A stretch of 64,000 nucleotides of DNA from Podarcis filfolensis (taxonomy: Eukaryota), in assembly GCA_964270895.1 (NCBI GenBank), contig OZ185439.1. One strand, written 5' to 3'. A model generated the notes under the pieces. That model had not been told where the DNA came from, searched no databases, and saw only the letters and a list, made by a program, of their open reading frames with translations. This document shows positions 13,501 to 25,695 of this stretch, one piece after another (the first letter of the stretch is position 1; the number at the start of each line of letters is the position of its first letter). The position numbers and the translations under genes were made by a program.

Positions 13501-16500
13501 TTCTCTAAGCATTGTGTGCCCTGCACCATCAATCCTTGATAATGTGCACAGAAGTTGGGGCTTTCCCTTAAGTACAAGATAACAGCCTTCATTGACAATT
13601 ACTGAAAGTAGTAATACTCTCAACCACAGGGAAAGAAAAGCACTGCACACTTGACCAAGAAAAAGGCTGTTGGGAGAAAATGGAAGACAACTAATGGAAG
13701 ATCTTTTTGTGAAGAACGTCTAGTTTGTCTCAACAAGAAGGGACGGCAAAGGGCCAGATTTAAGGAGATGAGATATAAAGAGATGAGCAACGGGGCAAGT
13801 TATGGGGAATTCTCCACCATACCATCAGGGGGAAGAGGGTCCCTTTTCAAACATGGTGTGTGCTACAGGAGAGGCTGGGATTTATGATGGCCCATTGCAT
13901 CTGATGGAAAGAAAACAGTACAGAGACTAGTTTTATCCAATAAGCAAAGCCATCCACTCTCTTCTAGGAATGCCCAGGTAGCATGGAAACAAGAATGTGC
14001 AAGCCACCCCAGTTTGACTATACTTATGAGCAGGGATTTTCCGACAGTACTCACTGGTATCACCTCTTTTTTGCTGCCCATGGCAGCCATCTTGTGCTGA
14101 CACCTACCACACTTTTATCAAGACATGATAATTCATTTTTTACCCCCACAAAAAGCACTGCCTTTAGACCATTTTGGCAATGGGGCCCAAGATGCTTAAG
14201 CAATAGAACCTGCCAAGCACGTAGAGAGGAGCAGAAACAGAGCCATGGTTAGAGGAACTGAAAAGCCATTCTTGTCACTATACTGAGTAAGGCTATTACA
14301 GTTGCAACCCCAGGCTTCTCCCCTTACTCTCGCAATTCTTTTGCTAGAGAGCAGTACCAGGTCAGACCAAGTTTATAACATCACCAGGCCATAGCAACTG
14401 TACTACTGCAGATAACCATTGATTCTGGAAAGAGCACCTATTTTTACTGCAGAAACAACAAAGCAAGAATTCATTTAGCAGATGACACACACTCCTTGCA
14501 ATAAAAGAAAAGAAAAAGAAAGACAAATGCTGAAGAAGTGGACAGATGGGAAACAGTGCGCAGGAATTAAGCCCCTGCAAAGAGAAGAGCCCAACCCAAG
14601 AAGGCTGGTTTCCAAAGTTATATCTACTGGAAGAATTAAGAGTCAAGTTCTCCCTACCACAAAAGTGGGTTACAGGGCATCAAAGGGAGAGGAAATGGCC
14701 TCTTTGCAACTTACTTAGCGGACAGCATATCAACCTGGCATGTTGGTGACATAGTGTCACTTGCCTGACATAAGGACTGATGCACAGAGCACAGTCTGAA
14801 GAATGCCTCCCAACCAGAAGGTAGCTTTGCTTCAATATAAATCATACTAAGCTATCACCACCAGAATTTATTTTAAAACAACAACAACTCTAAATTGCTT
14901 TAAACTACTTGGCTCACTTCTCTCCCCCCCCCCCAAGCTTACACTAGTCTATTGTCTACATGGCAAAGGCTTGCCTTGCCTTGCCAGAAGCCACTGGTGC
15001 TAGAACCTGGGATAAATCAACCACTGGACCAAACTCTCTCCAGACCTCACCAAAACACTGCAAGGCCTGGTCACTGTATTCCAATTTCTCATAGGCAACC
15101 TTGCAGAAAAGGTGGGAGGGGAGGGGCAACTGTGAAGCTCTCAAATGCTACACAGGGCTTACAAAGGGATTCTCTTAAGTTACAGAGCACACAAGAAATG
15201 GGAAAGCAGAAAGGTGTAGAAATATTTTATTAGCAGTGTTGGGATCAGAATCAGTAGCCAAAAGTACCACAAGGTGCTCAGCCACCCAGCACGGTGTTAG
15301 GAAGCAGCCCTGGGTTGAGGGAGCAGGAAGATTTTACATCTTTCTGGAAGGAGGCATTTGAAGTTGGAGAAAAGTAGAGGTGAAAAACCTGACATGCTCA
15401 CCCTTTCCTCTCACTCACACATACATGCTCACGCACCACACTTCCTTAAATACCTTTTAATACTCCTGGTGGAATGTCTAGCACACTTTATATGTGCAGT
15501 TCAAATAGCAATCAGACAAATACGTATCAATCTTTACAGAGAATGCTAGGCCTGACTTAATGCTTACAACAATTCATTTTATACAGCATGATTTACATCA
15601 AAAGACAGAAGTTAAAAATCAATGATTCAAAAGTATTCATACAAAAAGAGTCCACCCTGATGTGTCTTATAGCTTTAGTGCACCCTCTCAAGACACAGAC
15701 TTGGGTAAGCAGGTGAGCAGGAGGGCTTGGCAGTTCCAGGCGCTGCCTCCCAAATCTCTTTGATCAATGGAACAAATTATACAGCTAGTTATTTGCGTTC
15801 TGCCTGCAGTAATGAGCTTTGGTATAGGAGTGCCAATGCTAACGCACCCTCCCTCCTTTAAAAAATGAAATAAAACCAATTTCCTTGCACCTAAGCCTTG
15901 TTCTTGCTCCCTAAAGAGTTTGCCTTTCCTTTTATTCTACAAATCCCTCACCAACTGGAAAGACTGGTTCCAGCCAGTTAATATAATAATGTGTAAAGAT
16001 GTGTTTGAGTACGTCGATCTCAGATGGTATCCATGGAAAGCTATTCTGAAAGGTCAAGCCATTCGAAGGCCTTCGCGGGAAGCTCCTGGGTGCCACGCAC
16101 AGCAAGCGAGAGGAAGTTTGCACAAGTTTCTAAGCAAATGCCTCGGCCTTTGTTGTGATTTAAAGGAAAACTATGGAAATAAATAAAAGGCTGCTTTTCT
16201 CTCCAAGCCCAGAGTAGCAGCAACCGCTGTCTGTCACCTAGCAGATGGGTAGCACAAAGTACAAGGGGCAGGGAGTTTCCTCTGAGAAAAAGGCTGCTTC
16301 CAAATGCTGTCAGATCCAAAACAAATGTTTGCACTGAGAAGGGGACTGTTTGCCTTTCTAATAGGTGTTCGTAGAAATACCTTGTCTGAAGACAGATACT
16401 TCTTGACCTTTACATAATGCATTGATTAAACTTGCAAGGTGAGGCTTTGCAAGGGAGAGAGAAGCTTGCTTACTCTTAAGCTGGAACCAAACCACACTTG

Positions 16501-17135
16501 CAAAAGCACCAGATATTTCTAGTTGCTTCCTTGTTTGCAGCCAGCATTGCCTCCTTCTTATTTTAATAACAATAATTTTTAAAATCTTTTTGACATACGG
16601 CAAACAGGGAAAGATGAAAAAAGAACTTGCAGCAACTGCATAGAAATCATGTAAGTTTACAGCAGAGAAGAACCTCTGACTACGGGCGCTTTCCAACATT
16701 ACTTTTTACAGACCCACAAGATGGATGCAAGCTTCACTTTGGAATGGTTTTTTGTCCGTCTATTTCACTGCTAAGATGTGCTTTCAAGTACCCATATTTC
16801 AGGGGTGTTCAGGCCTCACAGTAAAATGGACAGGAATACCACCATTCTGAAATGCATCCAGGCTTCATTTGAGGACACAGGCCCGAAGGCGCCCGCCTGT
16901 AAACAACCATGTCAGAAGTGGCAGGCAGTGTGCATGTACTTAATAGGGAAGGGCTCTCTATCCAAACAAGCGGTCCAGTTCCTTTCTGGGCTAAGTACAA
17001 AGTTGGCCGAGCATGGCTGCCAATCACTGATGCTTTGGAATCAGCATCTTTTTGACACGAGAGCAAGGCTACAGCCAAGCCCCAGTTACACAAGATAGTC
17101 CAACTGTTCATACCTTAACAACAACACACACCATT

Positions 17136-17156
17136 CTGACTGACTGACTGACTGAC
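17136..17156. repeat. (CTGA)5 microsatellite in the PALI1 3'UTR
   Basis: ctgactgactgactgactgac seen directly. Confidence 0.85.
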
Positions 17157-17683
17157 AGGATTAAAGGATGCAAATGCTTTGGGTTTTGGCTTTATAATGC
17201 CCTGCTTGGTTTAAACAGTGCCAGGATGCTACAATGCACAAAAGGAAGAAAATGCTCCTGTGTGAACCCCAGCAGGTGGGCTGCCAAGGTCTATGGGATG
17301 TGCATGAAAGCTGGTTCTCTTTCCATTACAGTTCAAGTGCTTGTGCATTAACTATAAACTGCCAGCCTTTAAATCACACAGATTAATTTATTCAGTTCCT
17401 AAAAGGATAAATAAGGCACTGTACTTCGAACTGAAACTGCCAAACTCCTAGTTCCACTCCAGGAGCTTTCAGAAGCAGCAACTTTCCTTCTCAAGGGCAG
17501 AGAATAATAGCTTCCCCTTCGGGCTGCAACACAGCTAGGGGGCTCCTCATCATCTGAGAGCGGCGGGGTTGGCCTTCGGCTAAACACTTGCATCCCTCCC
17601 CACAATGTTCAGAAGTGGATCTGTTTAATGCATTAGGAAGTATTTCCATGACCCACCTCCTACCCACCCCCAACCCCAGCCGG

Positions 17684-20600
17684 TTACTTTGCATCCAGAC
17701 ACCTGCGTTTGCTGGGTGAAGAGTCTTTGCTTGCCCTCAGCTTCCTCTTGCCCTGGGCTCTGCTGCTCTCCTGAATTCGCTTCATTGACCTAGTCAAGGC
17801 TTTGCCACTGCTTGCCTTTTGGGCAGCCACTTTGGGAGGTCGGCTGCTGGAGTCTCGCACCACTTTCTGTTTGGGAGGTTTAGCAAGCCCTTCTTGCCTG
17901 GAAGGCAGACTTGCCTTTTGACCGGCCTTGGCTTTCCCCTTCTGGACGGGGGGCTTCCTTTTCCCAGGTCGCAAGTCATTCAGCTTCTTTGCCTTCTCGT
18001 TCCCAGACACAGGCTTATGACTCTTGTCGGCAGCCGCCTGCTTCCTGGTAGCAGGAGGCCCTGCAGGCTTCGGTTTACTGGCTTTCTTAAGAGGAAGCCT
18101 TTCTTTGCTCGAGGTGCTCAACAGCCTCGGTGACCTGATGCTCTCGGTCGGCGACTTCTTCCTGGTTTGCTGAAGGTGGCCTTTGGATGAGGTGTCCTCC
18201 TGTACCTTGCCTTTCGCCTTTCGCCCCTTCCCTCCTCTTTCAACCAGGCTTGTCTTAGTCGCAAGTGGGGGTGCTTGGACCTGCTGGGCCAGTTTCGGAG
18301 ACATCAGGGGCTTAATGCACAGGCTCTTGCCGCTCGGCTTGCTTTCAGCAGAGGGGTGCTTGGTCACGCTGTCGTTCTTGTCCTGCTTGGCCACCTTGCG
18401 TATGGCGTTGAGTTTGCCTCGCAAGTTGGAGTACTTCCTCAGGATGCGAGAGCTGGTTTGCACAGGCGTGCTCGGAGGCTGGGCGCTCTTGGCTTCGGCT
18501 TTGTGTTCCACGCTTGCTTCGGAGGGAGGCGTCTGCTTCAAACTGGCAGCCTGCTCGGGCTCTTTGTCCTCAGAGCCCTCTCGAAGCTTAGCCCACATCC
18601 TCTGAATCTTGATGGTGTTTTTGGCCGGGGTCATAGCAGCAAACTTCTTCAAGTGTTTCTTCAGGCGCTCAGCTTGAAGGGAGCTAGGGTAGCTGCCGGA
18701 ATAACAGCCCTTCTGGAGTGGAAGCTTGATGAGGGGGATGTCCCCCGGGAGACGTGTGTTCATCTTCTTCACAATGACCAGAGACTTGGTTTCAGTGGTC
18801 TCCATAAACCACTTGCAGATGTTGGACATGTCAAACCCCTTCATGAACAGCATCTGAACTGGGGAGAGCTTCTGGCCTTCCGTGGGCCCTTTTAATTTGC
18901 GGGTCCTCTTCTTGCTTTTCCAGATCTCTTTCAGTTTGTCGGATTTATTCTTGACCTTTGGAGCTGGCTGAGCCTCTTTCTCCAGCTGAATCCACCCTTT
19001 CTGGACCTTCATGTACTGAGTGTTAAAGTTAGTGATGAGTTCTTGGTTCTCTTCCTCAGCACACCATTCCACAAAACTGGGCTTGTTGTCAGAGAGCACT
19101 TCCAAGCTACTGAAGCCAACGGTGTCTTCACTCTGTGCATTTTCTTGGTCTGTGACATTAGAGCCTGCTTGTATAGTCACAGCATTAGAATCTCCATGTA
19201 CAGTTTCTTTTCCAGAAGTGTTTTTGGAGGCAGTGGCCACAGGGGTTGGGGCAGGGGTGTGCCTCAGATTGTAGAACTGGAGAGCTGGCTTCTTAGATTT
19301 TACCGATCTCTCTGGTAGTACAAGCTTGCTTTCACTCCTGCTAACAGAACTGGGTCCATGCTGGGTGTGCAACTCCTCTGTAACCTCCATCATACTGTCA
19401 AAGTTATCTGGAGTGCCTGATGTCAAATCTGACTGCTTTTCACCCTTATCAGAGGTCTCTGCTGGGACGTGAACACTTCTCCTATCAGAATCACCCTCTA
19501 AGCAAATTTCAAGCATTGCCCCTGCCTTGTCCTTGTTTCCTTCTCCATTCTGGTCTTCCTCTACTATGGTCTTTTTCGCTAACAGTGTCTGAGAGGCCTG
19601 TCCCATTGTGATGTCATTTCTGTCACCTGGCTGCTGCTCAGAAGAATTCCCAATGTTGTTTAGCAGTGTTTCATGGAACCCATCATTTGGGAAACATAGC
19701 GATGCTGCACCGTCAAGTTGCACCTCTCTCTTGAAACGCTTAGCACCAGGGCTTTTAGAAAGCTTGATCTGAACTTGAGGAAGCTGTAGAGACATGGAAG
19801 AAGTTGATTGCTCAGGACTATCCTCTGCAGATGACAGGGATTGCTGGCTTCGAAGACAGCGATCGGATACAATCTGAGGTTTTTTCTCCCGCTTTCGTTT
19901 TTTGTCCGGGCTTGTTTTGGAAGAAGCTCCCTCCTTGTCCACTTCTGATGTTTGGGGCACTGCTGGAGATTCACTATCAAGTTCCTTTCCATCATCCACC
20001 TTGCTTGTTTCACTTGTATCTTTTACTGTTCCCTCTCCCCAATCTTCATCATTATCTGCAACAGGCAACACAGTCTCACTTTCCCCAGAGTGGATTCCAC
20101 CTGAGTCCAGAATCCCTTCTATGCTATTTTGACTATTAATACTTTCATGTGCATCTGCACCCTGCAAGCTGCCAGGGAGCTCTGCAGCATCCAAGTCAGA
20201 AAGTGGCTGTGAGAGCTCCATATCTAACTTGCCAGGTCCCACCACTGGAGATTCTATAGAAGGAGCCCCTGAAGGAGCCTCTAGGTCAATATGGGCAGGA
20301 GGCTCAGACACCACAATGCCAGGAGACACTGCCCTTGAACTGGCAACAGGCTCCCCTGGACACATACGCTCTGGGATAGGAGGGAGTTCTGCAGGGAGGG
20401 CTATGGAAGGCTCCAGACGGACAAGGGCAGGAGGTTCTGCCAGGTCTATAGGGGAAAGAAGTGGGGGTTCCACATCGGAAGGTAGTTCTACAAATGGCGG
20501 CAGGTGTTCAACAGGGGCAGGCTCCTCCAGTGGAGGCATCAAGTCCATTCCGGGGGAAAGGTCTTCAGGGGGCTGAAGGGCCATGCTGTCACGAGGCAAC

Positions 20601-22373
20601 TGGTCTGGAAGAATGGAAGGCTCAGGGATAGCCTCGGTCTCTGAGAACATGGCACTTTCCTCACCATTGGCAACCTCTGAAGCAGACACCACCACAGATT
20701 CTCCTGTGTTGCCACTGTCTTCATTGGGTCTGCTACTCTTACAAGACTCTGTGCCATTGCCAGCCTTCTGCACAGTGTCCATGTCCATTTCGTCCTGTGG
20801 CTCCCCTTTGCTCAGTTGGCAGGGAGAGACAAGAGTGGTCTGCAGTGAAGAATTGGACAGGCTGCATTTCTCTACACGCAAAACAAGGCCGGGTGGCGGG
20901 GAGAGAGCAATTGTGGATGCTTCAGCAGAACTGTCTTCTCTCTCCTTTACAAAACTTACCTCAGGAGCGGCCTTCTCAGCCGGACACATCTCATCTCTCT
21001 CCTGAGTACTGTTGTTGGAGGCATCTCCTTGAGGGACGGCCACAGCAGGTCTTTTGTCACCATCGCCACTCACGGCCTGGGCTGCTGCTAAGCAGCTATC
21101 ACTCGGAAGAGAAGCTCCCTGGCTAGGGCTTGTCAGCACCTCAGGCCTTGGTGCCAGTGTGTTCCCACTCTCCTGTACATGGGAAGTCTTGGCCAAGGTA
21201 CGAACTGTGGGAATCTCACAGCACTCACCGTTGTAGTAGTATCCACGAGTGCTCTTCCTTGCCGTCTTCCTAGAGGAGACCACCCTCTTGCTCTCAAAGT
21301 GGCACTCTGTAATTGGCTGGCTGATATAAACAACATCGCATTGGTTGTCATAGTCATTAATTCTCAACCCTGAAGGCCTTTTGCTCTTACGTGTGCTTTT
21401 GGTGGAGGATGAGTTACTCTTGGTCCTGGAGTGTCCATTGGTGGTTTTGTGGTGAACCACTGGCACAGGGCTATTGGATAGCCAGCCGTCCTTGGCATTC
21501 TCCACATGGGTCTTGTCAACAGGTTGCATGTTATAGCTCCCCTTGCTTTTCCCTGAAGCCTGGAGGTGGTTCTCTGCCTTCAGTCTTGCTTCTTGGTCAT
21601 TCATTTCAGCATCCGGGTGCAAAGAGGCTTTGGAACTGCACTGCAAGGCATTCTCTTTGTCTGCTCTCCTAGGGGAGTTGGTGGTGAAGCCTGGCTCTCG
21701 TGTTTCCTCTGGGAAAGCTTTAAAAGTGTTCTTCTGGGAGCCCACCAGACCGTCTTCACTCATGTGTATGTTTGTTGCTTTCACAGCATTGTAGCCTCCC
21801 AGCAAAGCTCTATTTTGCACCTGGTCTTTGTCATCCTCACCTTTCCTACCCCCCATCTCTTGGTCACTACCAAGGGCTTGGCCTTCCAGACTTTTAGCAG
21901 AGTGATGGGAATTGGAAGCAGTGAGGTATCCTTGAGAGGGACTGTCCCTGGGACTTGCAGAACTTGTTCTAACGCTAGGAAGCTCGGGGAAGTCTCTTCG
22001 GACAACTGGGCTGCAGTTTTCCCTTCTATCGGTAGATTTCAGATCCACAGCCTGCTTCAGGGCATGGCAAAGTTTGCGCAGAGAGCCATGAGACCCTGAT
22101 TGCTCTGTGTCCAGGGAAGAAGGGAGCTTTGATTCAGAGCAAGAAGTTCCAAGCTCCTGGTTCTCAGTGTGATACTGGCTGCAGCCAGAGCTACAAGTGG
22201 ACACATCCATGTTTTCTGCTCCAGGTAACTGCTGTCCCTCACAGCCTGTTTGTACTTCAGTGCAAATGTCGTTTAGGACACGGACGAAGTGCTTCTGATG
22301 GTACGTGCACAGTCTGACCATAAATTTTTCCAATGGAGATTTCGGCTGGCCAAGACAATCTGCAGCGTCCTCA
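17684..22373 (-). CDS. LCOR: LCOR distal terminal exon: PALI1 (C10orf12) PRC2-associated isoform
   Basis: Long pyrimidine tract ending ctctctag, acceptor 22375-22374; 4690 nt open. Contains KSPLEKFMVRLCTYHQKHFVRVLND, RKTARKSTRG and the PIP region (QKGWIQ...NICKWF...KKHLKKF), ending KRRCLDAK*. The first 15 aa of the track ORF are intronic. Confidence 0.95.
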
Positions 22374-22707
22374 CTAGAGAGAGGGAGAGAGAAAGAATCA
22401 GTAAAGTTGGGTAGCAAATCACTTTACACTGCAAATCTTCACAACTCTCTCTCTTTCTGGTCCCCTACACTGCATGCTCTACGAAGATGGCAGCTCCAAT
22501 TGTCTACCTAAAATGAGCAGGCAACTAAAGCAAAAGCTCAAGATTATGTTTGTCATTTCTCCCTTGCCTCCTCATGGCTCACCTATAGCCTCAGTATATT
22601 AAACACTGAAAAGTTATTGGGACAAACCTTGCCTTATCCCTCCACTTTTGTCCCTTAGAAAGATTGGTTCTAGGGGAAACCAATCTGAACAAGCTGGAAA
22701 ACAACTA

Positions 22708-22958
22708 CAGTCATATCTTGGCTTTCAAACGTCTTGTGAGTCGAACATTTTCGGCTCCCGAATGTCGCAAACCCAGAAGTGACTGTTCTGGTTTGCAAAC
22801 TATTTTTGGAACCCAAATGTCTGACGGGGCTTCCACGGCTTCTGATTGGCTGCAGGACCTTCTTGCAGCCAATCAGAAGCCACACTTTGGTTTTCGAACG
22901 TTTTGGAAGTCAAACGAACTTCCGGAAGAGATTCCATTTGACTTCCAAGGTACGACTG
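22708..22958. mobile_element. Tc1/mariner (Tigger-like) MITE
   Basis: TA dinucleotide flanks, terminal inverted repeats CAGTCRTAYCTTGG, central 18-bp perfect inverted repeat 22837-22854/22864-22881. Confidence 0.8.
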
Positions 22959-23989
22959 TACCAGATTCTCCATTTCCCTGCAGACATTTCCCCATTTCAG
23001 GCAATGAACAGACTGCCATCACTGATCTGGGAATCTGGCCAAAGGGAAGGCCAAATATCTCTGTAAGTGATTATCTTCCCAAATTCAGTGCAAGTCCTCA
23101 ACAGCTTCACAGGGGCAGGAGTTTAGGAAGAGACAGACACCCAACAACAAATAGTCTTTACAACAGCTATATATACAAGATCCTTAACATACTTAGACTG
23201 AATAGCCAACCTATAGACAATAGCATTTGCCCTCTCCGCATCAGCCACCACAATTCCATAAACATGAAGATTTGAAAGAGCTGTTTTGAATAATAATTAA
23301 CTCAACAGGTGTGGAAGGAGGTGGCAGCCCTGAGACAGCAAGGGGCTGGGGGATGGCAGCTGGAGTGTTTGAGAACAGCAAAGCATCAATAAACATCCCT
23401 ATCAATCTTTTCCCTCCTGCCCCCAAAGTAAGTAGCCAGGTTCTGATTTATATATAACTTATACAATCCAGTGGCTAGGCTGCTGGTAGAGAAGATACAT
23501 CATCCTAGAGAGTGAGCAGTATTATCTCTTGACAGCTACTGAATAAAACGATCAACCTTTCTGTCTTTGGGAAGTGCATGAAAAATTATTCACTCTCACT
23601 CATTATTGAACTCAGGAGGGGCACTACTGAAGCGGTTCATATGTTAATGGCAAGCTAGGTGACAAGGCCTTGTGCTCATGTTTTCCTCCTCCTTGTGCCC
23701 CACTTCAGTTAGTTACTTCCTCTTTAGGACAAATCACAGTTTGCCATCACATCTAATCTGGCAAACTGCGGTTCACACCAATCCTCCAAGCAGGAATACA
23801 AACAAGTTTTGAACCATAGTGTGCAATCTTGGAGAGCAAGCACAGAAGCCATAGTTTGTGCTCTGATGAAATGGCATCTGAACAGAGGAGAGCTATGGGA
23901 CAATCTTGTGTGCTAAAGAGAAGGAAACTAACTGAACCTGAGTATGGGAGGGAATAGAGTTGTGTGTCAACACAACGCTTGTTCAAATA

Positions 23990-24230
23990 CAGTCAAACCC
24001 CGTTTGTCGAATGCAATCCGTTCCGGAAGCCCGTTTGGCTTCTGAAATATTCGACAACCAAGGCGCAGCTTCCGATTGGTTGCAGGAGCTTCCTGCACTC
24101 AAGCGGAAGCCGCACCGGATGTTTGGCTTCCAAAAAATGTTCAAAAAACAGAGCATTTACTTCTGGGTTTTCAGTGGTCAGGAGCCAAAACATTCCAAAA
24201 TGGAGGTGTTCAGGATCCGAGGTTTGACTA
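23990..24230. mobile_element. Tc1/mariner-type MITE related to 22708-22958, opposite orientation
   Basis: TA flanks, TIR CAGTCAAACC..GGTTTGACTA; aligns by eye along its whole length to the reverse complement of the first MITE. Confidence 0.78.
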
Positions 24231-24403
24231 TAGTACCAAACCATGTCTGAACGGAGCCACTATTAGAAGCTGGCTACTGATTCCAACGAAAAAGCATTCA
24301 CATTAGTTTCTTATCAGGATTGCTCAGGCCTATCTCTCACAAATGAGGGAATACTCCTGTTTCTCAGCTGTACCATTGCAGATTTCTGTTAGGGGCTCAA
24401 CAA

Positions 24404-24529
24404 GATTGAATGCTCTTCCATTTGAAAAAATGCATAGAAAACTAGATGGCTAGGAGAAGCATCCTTGCCTTTCTCTCTAACATGTTAGTTTTCTATGTGT
24501 ATTTCTTTTGAATGGAATAGCATTCAATC
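24404..24529. repeat. Long imperfect inverted repeat
   Basis: gattgaatgctcttccatttgaaaaaatgcatagaaaactagatg pairs with catgttagttttctatgtgtatttcttttgaatggaatagcattcaatc. Confidence 0.8.
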
Positions 24530-25646
24530 ACTTTAAATCTCTAACCATTTACTGAAGTGGTACAGTCCAAACACAGGTTTGCCACATGAGACAACTAGAG
24601 CTCAGATTGCCTGAAGTAGAACCTTATACTCTTATTTTGTAGCTTCTCTTTACCTGAGCTCTAATTGTTGGGTACATAAACCTCATATCTGAATATTTTG
24701 CAAGCCCACATAATCCATGGAAACTTCCTTTCCAGCTCATTCATAAACAGTGTTTGCCAATCTCTGAATCAGAATGGAATTAAGTATCTTAAGTAAATAT
24801 ATAATTGTTCAGTCCAATACATATTCAAATGCATGCATAGGACATCATCCTAGAAAACAGGTTTTTTTCAATCTAGTTTACTAATTATACTGAGATGTCA
24901 AATCAACATTCAATTATGATGTCAATCAAGCAGTTCCACAGAAACTGAAGAAAGAATCAATGGAAAAAGTGACCGAACTAATGATGTAAACCAAGCTTTC
25001 CATTCGGTTATTTGAACTATCCTTGAGAAAGTCAGGCAAACTTAACAACTATCGTCAGTAAGCTAAAATGATAGAACCTCGGCCTAACTGAAACCCTGTC
25101 ACAGTCCAAAGCAAGGGTAACCAACGTGGTACCTGTTGTTGAACTATAACTCCCATCAACTTCAGCCAGCATGAGCAGTTGTCAGGACAGCAGCCATATT
25201 TAAGTACTTAAACTGGGCTATAAAGATCCTGGATAGAGTATGGCTTCTCAACAGCATTCTCCTGGGTTCTGTTCAATCACTGTTGGGCTTTCTTTCGTTT
25301 GTTAAATTAACTAGAAGAATACTGGAAACTTAAAGGACCAACACACCAGCATATTTAACTGAGAGTCACGTTGATTTTAATGGAACTTGCTTCCAAGTAA
25401 GTATGCTTAGGATTGCAGTCTCAAGAGGCCAAATAAAAGGTGAACTGTGCTTATTAAGGTCACTTCTTAGACCTGTTTATTGAGCATTCATCCTATTTTT
25501 TGTTAGCAAAAAGCTTGCAAGGAGGTTAGACAACATCATTCTGATTTGTTTAAAGGGAGTTTACACAATTTTACATCAAGCAATTGTTACCCCCCATTTT
25601 CACAGTACTTTCCGCATCACAAAAGGTCTAGTTTTGTGGAAAACAC

Positions 25647-25650
<4 letters not shown>

Positions 25651-25695
<45 letters not shown>
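25651..25695. repeat. (AAT)15 microsatellite at the tail of a - strand retroelement remnant
   Basis: Perfect AAT run adjoining a LINE-like 3' tail at about 25696-25750. Confidence 0.95.

Noticed and set aside
17794-22317. Many ORFs of 60-206 aa overlapping the PALI1 exon on either strand
   Set aside because: Antisense or off-frame shadows of a long GC-rich coding exon; no recognisable product or splice context.
22384-22417. Track start codon for the 1577-aa ORF
   Set aside because: Lies in the intron upstream of the acceptor at 22374; the exon is joined from 48724.
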